A stretch of 64,000 bases of DNA from Christensenellaceae bacterium (GTDB lineage: Bacteria > Bacillota > Clostridia > Christensenellales > Borkfalkiaceae), in the NCBI GenBank assembly GCA_045589615.1, contig JAZNPL010000031.1, positions 38,251 to 102,250 of the forward strand, in the 5' to 3' direction. Below, one piece after another: positions 46,295-54,875 of the stretch. The notes under the pieces are model-generated. The model saw nothing but the letters and a program-made list of their open reading frames with translations. It searched no databases and had not been told where the DNA came from. Within the stretch, counting starts at the first letter, position 1. The number at the start of each line of letters is the position of its first letter. The position numbers and the translations under genes are program-made.

Positions 46295-46579
46295 TTAAAG
46301 TTCTTTTTGGATTTTGCAAAATTTGTCTTTTGCCGTTTTTAAGTCGCTTTCGTTTGCCGAACAAACCCTAGCATAGTCCGTTTCGGTAATGTTCATAAAG
46401 ACGTTCATTTGGTCTGCTACGCTTTGCGAATAAAGTGTTTTTAAGGTCGTTCTAAACCCTTTGCTCACTGCTTCGGTCGTTGCAAAAGCGTACAGTTTTA
46501 CTAGCGTTTTTTCGGTTATTAGTATGTCGAAAAGCGTATCTCTTTCGTTTAAGGTGGTATCTGCTTTATAGTCTGCCAT
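46295..46579 (-). CDS. spore coat protein F (CotF)-like
   Basis: 94 aa. LNERDTLFDILITEKTLVKLYAFATTEA resembles the Coat_F domain. Confidence 0.6.
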   Translation of the reverse strand: MADYKADTTLNERDTLFDILITEKTLVKLYAFATTEAVSKGFRTTLKTLYSQSVADQMNVFMNITETDYARVCSANESDLKTAKDKFCKIQKEL

Positions 46580-46588
46580 ATTCCCCCC

Positions 46589-46774
46589 TTAAAGTAACGC
46601 TAAAAGCGTTTCAAAACGATTTTTGTGGTTTTCATATAGTTTTTTTGACGTTTCCGCTAGTTTTACGTTGGTTAAAATTTTAGAGTAGATTTTCGCTTTT
46701 TTACAAGCGTTTTCTTCGTAGATTAGTAGGTCTTGAATTACTTCAAGTTCCTTTGTTGTTAGCATATTTGCCAT
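46589..46774 (-). CDS. small CotF-partner-like hypothetical protein
   Basis: 61 aa. LTTKELEVIQDLLIYEENACKK. It lies immediately upstream of the CotF-like gene. Confidence 0.45.
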   Translation of the reverse strand: MANMLTTKELEVIQDLLIYEENACKKAKIYSKILTNVKLAETSKKLYENHKNRFETLLALL

Positions 46775-46817
46775 ACTCTCTCTCCTTTTTTTGTTTTAGA
46801 GAAAGTATTGCCAAAAT

Positions 46818-47462
46818 TTAAAATTCTATACTTAGTATTTCCCTAAAGTCTTTAGCGTAAAAATCGCAAAGTTCTCTCATTTCCTTTTCGTACGCACTAG
46901 ACGACTCGTCGAACACGCCACAAACTTTCATACCCGCCGTCTTTGCCGTTTTATCAGCGTTATAATTATCGTCTAAAAATAACACTTCGTTTACCGAAAC
47001 GCCAAGTTTTTTTGCAACGGCAGTGTATATTTCGGGGTTAGATTTACTAGTATTAAAGTCGTCGCACGACCAAACGTTGTCAAAAAGGTCAAACATATCA
47101 AGCCTTTTTAGGCAAGCGTCTAAAGTTAGGTGTGGGCTTGCCGTCAATACGTTTAGGCTATGACCTTGTGCTTTTAGTTCTTTTAGGGTGTCAATGACGT
47201 TTTCTTTTGCGGGAATAGTATAGGCGTATTCGTGATAAAAGTATTCGTACATAGTCTTGCCTATTTCTTCAACCGATTTATTTAGGCCTAAACTTATAAA
47301 ATATTCCGCCGTCCCCTTTAAGCCTAATGGGGTAATAATCTTTACAATGTCGTCGCCGTATGATATATTGTTTTCGTCTAAAATTCTTAGCATTACTTTT
47401 TTAAAAGTAGGCATAGAATCAACTAGAGTTCCGTCAAAATCAAATAAATAGGTTTTTTTCAT
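46818..47462 (-). CDS. HAD-family hydrolase
   Basis: FDFDGTLVDS motif I and LDDN motif III. 214 aa. Confidence 0.8.
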   Translation of the reverse strand: MKKTYLFDFDGTLVDSMPTFKKVMLRILDENNISYGDDIVKIITPLGLKGTAEYFISLGLNKSVEEIGKTMYEYFYHEYAYTIPAKENVIDTLKELKAQGHSLNVLTASPHLTLDACLKRLDMFDLFDNVWSCDDFNTSKSNPEIYTAVAKKLGVSVNEVLFLDDNYNADKTAKTAGMKVCGVFDESSSAYEKEMRELCDFYAKDFREILSIEF

Positions 47463-47616
47463 TTTTTCTCCTGTTCGCTTTAGTATTATATTATAGTTTT
47501 AAAATGGTGTCAACGCTGGGTATAAGTAATTCTTATATTTTCCCCCTTTTTTTCTCTTGAAAAATTTTTAAAATGTATGTATAATAAATATGTAATTTAT
47601 TTCTAGGAGAAATTTT

Positions 47617-48804
47617 ATGGAACGTTTTTTTGGTACCGTATCTCGTGGTGTTAGAGCACCGATTATTAAAAGTGGCGACAATATCGTTAAGGTAGTAACC
47701 GACACAATTTTGAACGCTTCTAAGGCAGAAAATGTTGATTTAAGGGATAAAGACGTTATTGCTATGACCGAAGCAATCGTTGCAAGGGCTCAAGGCAACT
47801 ATGCGTCTATTGACGATATAGCGTTAGACGTTAAAAATAAATTCGGTGGCGAAACCGTGGGCATTATTTTCCCAATCTTAAGCCGTAACCGTTTTTCGGT
47901 TTGTCTTAAAGGTATTGCTAGGGGCTGTAAAAAGGTTGTTATTATGCTTTCTTATCCGTCTGACGAAGTTGGTAATCACTTAATCAGTTACGACGACCTT
48001 GACGCTAAGGGCGTTAACCCTTATACCGACGTTCTTTCTGAAAGCAAATATAGAGAATTGTTCGGGTTTGTTAAACACACTTTTACCGGCGTTGATTACG
48101 TTCAATATTATAGGGACTTAATTACTGCCGAAGGTGCTGAGTGCGAAATAGTTTTAGCAAACAACCCAAAGGCTATTCTTGATTACACCAAAAACGTTCT
48201 TTGTTGCGATATTCATACTAGGGCTAGAACAAAGCGTCTATTAAAAGACGGTGGGGCTGAAAAAGTGTTCGGCTTAGACGATATTTTAAGTGCACCCGTT
48301 AACGGCAGTGGCTATAACGAAAATTACGGACTACTCGGCTCTAACAAGGCAACCGAAGACAGTGTTAAACTTTTCCCAAGAGATTGTCAACCTATCGTTG
48401 ACGCTATTCAAGAAAATCTCTTTAAGGCAACAGGCAAAAAAGTTCAAGTTATGGTTTATGGCGACGGTGCGTTCAAAGACCCTGTTGGTAAGATTTGGGA
48501 ACTTGCAGACCCCGTTGTTTCCCCCGCTTATACTGACGGATTAAACGGTACGCCCAACGAACTAAAGTTAAAGTATCTTGCCGACAACGACTTTGCTGAC
48601 CTTAAGGGCGAAGAACTTAAAAATGCTATAAAGGAAAGAATTTCCGAAAAAGATTCTTCCGTTGTTGGACAAATGGGAACAACGCCAAGAAGATTGACCG
48701 ACCTAATCGGTTCATTGTGCGACTTAACTTCAGGCTCAGGCGACAAAGGAACTCCAATCATTTGGATATCGGGCTACTTTGACAACTACACCGACGAATA
48801 TTAA
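47617..48804 (+). CDS. F420-0:gamma-glutamyl ligase (CofE)-family protein, long form
   Basis: 395 aa. GVRAPIIKSGDNIV...DKDVIAMTEAIVARAQGN resembles the CofE/F420_ligase N-terminal core. The assignment is tentative. Confidence 0.5.
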   Translation: MERFFGTVSRGVRAPIIKSGDNIVKVVTDTILNASKAENVDLRDKDVIAMTEAIVARAQGNYASIDDIALDVKNKFGGETVGIIFPILSRNRFSVCLKGIARGCKKVVIMLSYPSDEVGNHLISYDDLDAKGVNPYTDVLSESKYRELFGFVKHTFTGVDYVQYYRDLITAEGAECEIVLANNPKAILDYTKNVLCCDIHTRARTKRLLKDGGAEKVFGLDDILSAPVNGSGYNENYGLLGSNKATEDSVKLFPRDCQPIVDAIQENLFKATGKKVQVMVYGDGAFKDPVGKIWELADPVVSPAYTDGLNGTPNELKLKYLADNDFADLKGEELKNAIKERISEKDSSVVGQMGTTPRRLTDLIGSLCDLTSGSGDKGTPIIWISGYFDNYTDEY

Positions 48805-48812
48805 GATAACTA

Positions 48813-48848
48813 AAAGATTGAAGAAAAATCTTCAATCTTTTATTTTTT
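48813..48848 (+). terminator. terminator after the CofE-like gene
   Basis: AAAGATTGAAG-loop-CTTCAATCTTT followed by a T-run. Confidence 0.7.
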
Positions 48849-48968
48849 AAAAGCAATAAAGACACTTAAAAGTGCCTTTACTGCTTTTCATGGTAGGTAT
48901 GGTAAATTTTAATCTTAAAAAGATTAAAACTTATCGGTTATTTAATAGGGAAATTTCCCCGTTTTTAC

Positions 48969-51110
48969 TTATTTTTTGTTATTATAAATAACTTCTACAC
49001 CGTCGTGAGTTGCAACGCCATAATAACAATAACGATGATTTGCAGGTCCACCAAAAAGTTGATCGAACACAATTAGTTCGTGATGTGCTTCGCCGTCATT
49101 ATGAACGTGATTGTCGTCAACAACGACATTGCCGTTAGCATCAGTTGGATGACCGTATCTTACGTTTGAGTAAGCGTCAACGCTTACGCCTGCTTGAACT
49201 CTTACGTAAGGATAGCCCGTGCCTGCAAATTCACAGTAGGTATAGTTTGCCCAATCACCGTAAATTACGGTAACGTTTTCACAAGTTACGTTTTCAGCAA
49301 CAACGTTTACTACTTCGTTTTGAACGTAACTATCAACTTGGCCAATCAACATTCCACAGTTACGATAACAATACCATTGATATGCAGATACAACGTCGTT
49401 TACAGCGTCAATGCGACAAGCAACGGTACAATCTTCAAAATGATAAGTTCCACTTGTTCCTGCTCCACCGATAATACCACCGCTTGCATTACCAAAATCG
49501 CCCCATTGTCCACCAATAATGGTAGATTCTTCTATAACGATACCTTTATAAACGTGATTACCTGAAGCCCAACCTACAACGCCACCTGCGTAATATTGAT
49601 AATCGTTACACTTAGTGTTGCTAACTGTAATGTTTTCAAAAGTACAATCTCCGTAAGCACAAGAAACAACCGTTCCACAAATAGCAGATTCGCCTGAAAT
49701 ACTAGCCTTATCCATCTTTAAATTTTTTATAGTAGCATTTCTAACTTTACCAAATAAGCCTAAGCCTAGGTCTCCGTACTCATATCCGTTATCGAGTGCC
49801 CAAGTGTTTTGATGTAAATTACTAATAATGTGTCCGTTACCGTCAAACGTGCCTTTAAATTCTAAGTTTTTTCTATATGAGCCGATTGGTTGGAAACAAA
49901 TATACTCACCGTTTTCGCCAATTACACCAAGGTCTAAATCGCTATCAAGTATAATGGTTTTACCTTCGAAAGTCTTTCCACTATCTACTAACTCAGCAAG
50001 TCCTGCGATTTGTTCTGCTGAATCAAGTGTAAATTCAGTGTCCGTATCGTTATACCAAGAAGTATCTATTGTTCCGTCCCACTTTGATGCGGGTTTAACT
50101 TCTACTTCAGAAAAATGACTAGTTGTATAAGTTATAACACCATTAGCACCTACGGTTGCCATTGTAATAAATGCACCGTCGTGGTAAATTGAAACCGTTT
50201 CGTCTTTTGCAAATACGTTTTGTGCGGGAAGTGTTACGGTAACTTCTTCATTTACGCCAAGATTTTCTAAATCTATAACCTTTCCGTCTTGGTCAACAAG
50301 TTTAATTGCCTTAAAATATACGCTGTTGTTTGCCGAGTTGTTTTCGTCTTTTGTTTCAATTGGTTCGGTATGAGCCAAAGAAATACTTGTTACGTTTTCG
50401 GGAAGAGCATTGATGAGTGTTGCAGGAATATTTGCTGACACTGCATTTTCGCCCTTAGTTTCTAAAACAACTTCTTCATTGGAAGTCTTATCAATAGTTA
50501 CGTAAGTCGATAAATTAGGAAATTGAGAGTCCTTATCAAATTCATTGCCCGTTCCGTCGTATTCTGAAGCAAGTTGAGTTGCTACAAGTTCAACGCCCAA
50601 TAAAATTTGCAAATTGCGATATGCGTTATCGTTATCGGTTGAATTCCAAACAATTTTAAGTTCATACACAACGTCATCATTTGCAACGAGTTCGCCTTCC
50701 AATTCTCCGTCAAATGCCAAAGGTGTTCCATTAGCCGTCAAAGTAAGAACGTCTAAAAGAGAGTTTTGACTGTCGTTAAGGGTTTTTGCAAGAGCCTTAA
50801 CGCTAAATTTATATTTCAATGCAAGACTTCCTGCGTTTTTAATCGTAAAAGTTTCAGTAGTACTTGCACTTGGCTCCCATAAAATGTCGCCACCGTTTTG
50901 GTTTACGAAAAGTTTAGTGTTTTCCTTAACTTCTTCGTCGGCAACTGCAGTGTTAGTATGATAAAGTTCTACGTCAACGTTGCCTGATTTTATAATGTTA
51001 TTAGTATTTACTATTGAGTCTGTAAACCAAGCGTAAGTCGTACCTAAAAGCATTGAAAAGCAAAGTATAATTGCTATTAGGCTTGCAACTAAGGATTTTC
51101 TTTTTTTCAT
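48969..51110 (-). CDS. TasA/camelysin-like, SipW-dependent secreted protein with a C-terminal GLUG/beta-helix-like domain (713 aa)
   Basis: Signal region LLGTTYAWFTDSIVNTNNIIKSGNVDV (GTxAxFxD type). C-terminal repeats FKGTFDGNGHIISNL, GLGLFG and AGGVVG. Confidence 0.75.
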   Translation of the reverse strand: MKKRKSLVASLIAIILCFSMLLGTTYAWFTDSIVNTNNIIKSGNVDVELYHTNTAVADEEVKENTKLFVNQNGGDILWEPSASTTETFTIKNAGSLALKYKFSVKALAKTLNDSQNSLLDVLTLTANGTPLAFDGELEGELVANDDVVYELKIVWNSTDNDNAYRNLQILLGVELVATQLASEYDGTGNEFDKDSQFPNLSTYVTIDKTSNEEVVLETKGENAVSANIPATLINALPENVTSISLAHTEPIETKDENNSANNSVYFKAIKLVDQDGKVIDLENLGVNEEVTVTLPAQNVFAKDETVSIYHDGAFITMATVGANGVITYTTSHFSEVEVKPASKWDGTIDTSWYNDTDTEFTLDSAEQIAGLAELVDSGKTFEGKTIILDSDLDLGVIGENGEYICFQPIGSYRKNLEFKGTFDGNGHIISNLHQNTWALDNGYEYGDLGLGLFGKVRNATIKNLKMDKASISGESAICGTVVSCAYGDCTFENITVSNTKCNDYQYYAGGVVGWASGNHVYKGIVIEESTIIGGQWGDFGNASGGIIGGAGTSGTYHFEDCTVACRIDAVNDVVSAYQWYCYRNCGMLIGQVDSYVQNEVVNVVAENVTCENVTVIYGDWANYTYCEFAGTGYPYVRVQAGVSVDAYSNVRYGHPTDANGNVVVDDNHVHNDGEAHHELIVFDQLFGGPANHRYCYYGVATHDGVEVIYNNKK
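50958..51098. repeat. 141-nt near-identical tract shared with 52647-52787
   Basis: The 5' coding ends of the two tasA-like genes differ at about six positions with no indels. The rest of the genes is much more diverged. Confidence 0.85.
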
Positions 51111-51146
51111 AGTCAGTCTCCTTATAGATTAATATTGCTTTTAACT

Positions 51147-52805
51147 TTATTGATAGATTACTTCAGCTTGAGATTCGTCAATTACGTACCCTTCAGAGAA
51201 AGTACAACCAATAAATACAGTTTTAGCGTAAGGACGGCAGAAAGCATATCCACTACCTTCGCCAAAAGAACAATTGTCAAAATTAACTTCGCCTAAAGTT
51301 TTAGCGTAACTAGTCCAACCATTGAAAGTACAGTTAATGGCTTCAAGACCTTGATTTGTGCCTTGATCACAACTGATCGTATAAACAGTGCCGTCGATTT
51401 TTACGTTTTCAAGAACAACTTTTTCACTATGAGTGCTGTTGTGGTTAATAAAAACACCACGGAAAGAACCCGTAACGGTTATATTTTTAATAATTCCACC
51501 CGTTGTATTGATACCACTATCCCAAGTTCCGTTTGCGTTATTAACTTTTAAAGTTTTATTGTTACCGTCAATCGTTTGTCCGTTAAGTACGTTGATACCT
51601 GTTTTACCATATCCGTTAGTTTTGGTTGCAGAAATAGTAATGTCATTAGTCAAAATAACGTTATTTCCTGCTTCTAATGCCGTAATAAGTTCATCTGCAG
51701 TTGAAACCTTATAGAATAAATCGTTGTCAACAAGTTTTGCTATTTCTTTTACTTCAACCTTGCAGAAATGACCTACTTCATAAGAAATAACTCCGTCCAC
51801 GCCAACGCTTACTTCGTTTGCAACTTCTTCACCTTCGTGATAAATTGCAACCTTGCTTCCTTCAGCAATCGTACTTTGTGCGGGGAGAGTTACGGTTACT
51901 TTTTCAGTTAAGTTAAGTGCTTCTAAATCAACAACGTTGCCGTTTTTATCAACAACTTCGATTGATTCAAAAACGATTTTATCGTTTTCAACGATTGGGT
52001 CGGTATGTACTAAAGAAATACTATCAATACCATTATTTTTAAGTTCTTCTACGAGTTCAGAAGAAAGTTTTGCTGAAACTGCGTTTTCGCCTTTAGTTTC
52101 TAAAACAACTTCTTCGCCACTTGTCAATTCGTCAAACTTAACGTTTGAAGAAACGTTTGGAAATTGAGCGTTATCGTCAAAAGTATTGCCCGTGCCATCG
52201 AATTCTGAAGCAACTTGAGTCGCTACAAGTTCAATGCCTAATAGTAATTTTAAGTTTTCAAAGGGCTTGTTTTCTATAACGTCGCCGTTTTCGTCAAGAG
52301 TTTTTTGATTCCAATAAATAGAAACGGTATATTCGTCAAAATCTGCTGAAGCCAAGTTTGCTTCTACGTCAATACCATTACCAAAAATTGCCGTTTGGTT
52401 AACGTTTTCACCACCCGTAACGGTTAAAGTTAGAATATCAGCAAGCGATTGAGCGTTAGCGTTGGTCGTTTTTGATACTGCTTTAATTCTAAAAGCATAC
52501 TTTAATGCAAGGCTTCCTGCGTTTTCAATTTTAAAAGTTTCGGTTGCTTTTGCACCCGGTTCCCATAAAATGTCGCCACCGTTAGCATTTACGAAAAGTT
52601 TTGTGGTTCCGTCAACTTCGCTATAATCTGTATCACTATTAGATTTATGATAAAGTTCAACGTCAACGTTGCCTGATTTTATAATGTTATTAGTATTTAC
52701 TATTGAGTCGGTAAACCAAGCGTAAGTCGTGCCCAAAAGCATTGAAAAACAAATTATAATTGCTATTAGGCTTGCAACTAAGGATTTAGTCTTTCTTAAT
52801 TTCAT
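51147..52805 (-). CDS. TasA/camelysin-like, SipW-dependent secreted protein with a C-terminal beta-helix-like domain (552 aa)
   Basis: The signal and N-terminal ~330-aa module match those of the 713-aa paralog. The C-terminal domain differs (GQTIDGNNKTLKV...). The ATG overlaps the sipW stop (ATGA). Confidence 0.75.
   Translation of the reverse strand: MKLRKTKSLVASLIAIIICFSMLLGTTYAWFTDSIVNTNNIIKSGNVDVELYHKSNSDTDYSEVDGTTKLFVNANGGDILWEPGAKATETFKIENAGSLALKYAFRIKAVSKTTNANAQSLADILTLTVTGGENVNQTAIFGNGIDVEANLASADFDEYTVSIYWNQKTLDENGDVIENKPFENLKLLLGIELVATQVASEFDGTGNTFDDNAQFPNVSSNVKFDELTSGEEVVLETKGENAVSAKLSSELVEELKNNGIDSISLVHTDPIVENDKIVFESIEVVDKNGNVVDLEALNLTEKVTVTLPAQSTIAEGSKVAIYHEGEEVANEVSVGVDGVISYEVGHFCKVEVKEIAKLVDNDLFYKVSTADELITALEAGNNVILTNDITISATKTNGYGKTGINVLNGQTIDGNNKTLKVNNANGTWDSGINTTGGIIKNITVTGSFRGVFINHNSTHSEKVVLENVKIDGTVYTISCDQGTNQGLEAINCTFNGWTSYAKTLGEVNFDNCSFGEGSGYAFCRPYAKTVFIGCTFSEGYVIDESQAEVIYQ
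52647..52787. repeat. 141-nt near-identical tract shared with 50958-51098
   Basis: See the partner entry at 50958-51098. Confidence 0.85.
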
Positions 52806-53566
52806 TTTTTTCTTTCTCCTATTGATTTTTCTTGATTTTCTATATCGTTATCGGCTATTATTTCTTGATTTTTCTCACTTTTAGAAACAATACCGTTTTT
52901 TTCTTCCAATAAATTATTTTGTTCTACGCTATTCTTAACGCCACCTTGACTTTTAAACTCTTCAAAGGCTTCTTTTTTTCCTAAATATTTACCGACGTTG
53001 ATACTAAAATAAATAATTAGTAAAACTGACGGAGTCAAAATACTCAAATAATACCCCGCAGGCGTTTTTAAATATGAAAACAATTTGCCTATTTTAGGTA
53101 TTTTTCCATTATAAACACCAATAATCATATTAGGACTTACTACCGCACTGTCGTCAACGCCCGTATTAATTCCATAAGTGGTGTATCCTAATAGATTTCC
53201 CGATTTTGAATAATTAACTTTTCTAATTTTATGAGTCAAGGTTTGCCCGTAACTTTCAGGACTTAACGAGATATACGATATAACATCCCCTTCTTTGAAA
53301 CTATAAACGTCGGCATTAGTCTTTATTAAAATCAAGTCGCCCGAATTAAAATAAATACTTTCGTCTTGACTTAATTTAGACTTGCTCATTGAATCACTTG
53401 CTACTATCAAAATCTTAGTGCCAAAAATTTCTTTTCCGTTCTTTTCACTAGAAAAGGACGAAAAAAATGACAAAACCGCCGTAACCACCGCTACGCCAAA
53501 AGTTAGCCACGCAAAAATGTCCAAAATTGTTTCAAATATTTTCTTCGTTTTTCCCGTTCTCACCAC
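52802..53566 (-). CDS. sipW: SipW-type (archaeal/ER-type) signal peptidase I
   Basis: N-terminal TM segment, Ser motif VASDSMSK, His motif LTHKIRKV, and a second C-terminal TM segment. GTG start; an alternative GTG lies 3 nt downstream. AGGAGG RBS. Confidence 0.75.
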   Translation of the reverse strand: MVRTGKTKKIFETILDIFAWLTFGVAVVTAVLSFFSSFSSEKNGKEIFGTKILIVASDSMSKSKLSQDESIYFNSGDLILIKTNADVYSFKEGDVISYISLSPESYGQTLTHKIRKVNYSKSGNLLGYTTYGINTGVDDSAVVSPNMIIGVYNGKIPKIGKLFSYLKTPAGYYLSILTPSVLLIIYFSINVGKYLGKKEAFEEFKSQGGVKNSVEQNNLLEEKNGIVSKSEKNQEIIADNDIENQEKSIGERKK

Positions 53567-53669
53567 AAGCCTCCTTTTTAACTAAAAAAATATTTGCCTT
53601 TTATGCAAAATTAAAACGGTTTTTCAGTTACAAGTTTTGTCGTTGAGTCTAGATTGTATTTGAGTCTAA

Positions 53670-53698
53670 ATTATATGTGCAATGCACATATTTGTCAA
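53670..53698 (-). promoter_or_regulatory. sipW-operon promoter with embedded palindromic operator
   Basis: Minus strand: TTGACA (53698-93), a 17-nt spacer, then TATAAT (53675-70). The palindrome ATATGTGC-AAT-GCACATAT (53673-53691) fills the spacer and the -10. Confidence 0.65.
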
Positions 53699-53798
53699 AT
53701 AAAATTAAGGCGTTTTTTAAAATTTTTTTAATTTTTTAAAAAATATTTCCTTTCAAAACGCCTATTTTTGAATAAAAAACTTTTATTTTTTAATATTA

Positions 53799-53815
53799 TA
53801 TGTGTTATACACATA
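53799..53815. promoter_or_regulatory. second operator-like palindrome upstream of the XRE gene
   Basis: TATGTGT-TAT-ACACATA has the same half-site (TATGTGY) as the sipW-promoter palindrome. Confidence 0.55.
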
Positions 53816-53853
53816 ATTATAAAACTATTTTTCACTTGTGATAAACTATACAT

Positions 53854-54060
53854 ATGTTATTTGGGGAAAATTTTAGAAAAATGAGACAAGAATCGGGTTT
53901 GTCTCAAAAGGAAGTTGCGGAAAAACTTGGCATTTATCAATCAAACGTAAGCGATTGGGAAAACGACGTTTCTCGACCTGAATATGAAAGACTAATCCAA
54001 CTAACAACGCTTTACGGTTGTACTATTGCCGAGCTTTTAGGCGTTGAAGAAAACTGTTAA
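53854..54060 (+). CDS. XRE-family helix-turn-helix transcriptional regulator (68 aa)
   Basis: FGENFRKMRQESGLSQKEVAEKLGIYQSNVSDWEN is a Cro/CI-type HTH. There is no obvious SD, so the mRNA may be leaderless. Confidence 0.8.
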   Translation: MLFGENFRKMRQESGLSQKEVAEKLGIYQSNVSDWENDVSRPEYERLIQLTTLYGCTIAELLGVEENC

Positions 54061-54109
54061 CGCATAGTTTTCTATACTTAATATATAATGTATAAATTTA
54101 AAACAAAAA

Positions 54110-54153
54110 AGCACACTTTTCTTCGATTTGCGAAGTATAGTGTGCTATTTTTT
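54110..54153 (+). terminator. terminator after the XRE gene
   Basis: AGCACAC...CTTCG-ATTTG-CGAAG...GTGTGCT, followed by a T-run. Confidence 0.65.
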
Positions 54154-54155
54154 GA

Positions 54156-54338
54156 CTAAATTTACCTAATGATTCTTTTAGACAAAGGGGAAAACCCACC
54201 GAAATATATCCAAAATTTGGCTACAAAGACTATTCGTCCTTTTACAAAGCCTACGTCAAAGAATTTTCTATAAGCCCCAAAACCCCCACAAAAAAAATAA
54301 ACCACTACGGCAGTAAAGTGAAAAGCACCGAGTCCTAA
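54156..54338 (+). pseudogene. possible remnant of the C-terminus of an AraC-family regulator
   Basis: A startless open frame reads ...EIYPKFGYKDYSSFYKAYVKEFSISPKT.... This resembles the second HTH of AraC/XylS proteins (GF.d.sYFsr.FKk..G.sP). An in-frame stop lies immediately upstream. Confidence 0.35.
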
Positions 54339-54340
54339 AC

Positions 54341-54706
54341 TCAGTGCTTTTGATTTATTTTATTTTCTATTGTAATACAAGAAGAAGTTATAAGCCTACG
54401 AATTCTTCCACAAAGATTTCTGTTGTTTTTATATGTTTCTTCGGTTATATTTTCTGCCAAAAACAAAAGTTTTAACCAACTTTCAGTCTCTACACACTCT
54501 TTTCTTGCTATCTTAAATTTAGATAACATATCTGCTAAACTTTGTGGATATTGTGCTTCGGAAACGTTTGCAAACACGCTTGATGAAGATTTTCTAATTT
54601 GAAACAAGGTGTTTGAAACCCCTTTTATATTTGACAATGATTTGCAAAGAGTTTCAATTTCAATCGCCAATTTTTCTGAATATTTTAAAATTAAATTTTC
54701 TTTCAT
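54341..54706 (-). CDS. four-helix-bundle protein (23S rRNA IVS protein / Avd-like family)
   Basis: 121 aa. QIRKSSSSVFANVSEAQ and KFKIARKECVETESWL match the TIGR02436/PF05635-type pattern (Q..RS..SI.aNIaEg ... A.gS..E). Confidence 0.75.
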   Translation of the reverse strand: MKENLILKYSEKLAIEIETLCKSLSNIKGVSNTLFQIRKSSSSVFANVSEAQYPQSLADMLSKFKIARKECVETESWLKLLFLAENITEETYKNNRNLCGRIRRLITSSCITIENKINQKH

Positions 54707-54725
54707 AAACCTATTTAATAATAAT

Positions 54726-54875
54726 CACGGTTTACCGTGAAATGGAATCAGCACAATGTGCTGTATGAAATCAAGACGTTAGTCTTGTATGTAAACAACA
54801 CGAAGACAAAAATTTTTCTCAACTAATATGATTACATACGCCTTTTAGGCGATTACATACCAACACTTCGTGTTG
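54726..54875 (-). repeat. second array of short variable hairpins separated by ATTTCAY-like spacers
   Basis: The minus strand reads TTTACATA[CAAGAC-TAAC-GTCTTG]ATTTCATA[CAGCAC-ATT-GTGCTG]ATTCC-ATTTCAC-GG-TAAA-CCGTG. Upstream of this are [CAACAC-GAA-GTGTTG] and [GCCTAAAAGGC] flanked by GTATGTAATC twice. Confidence 0.7.
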
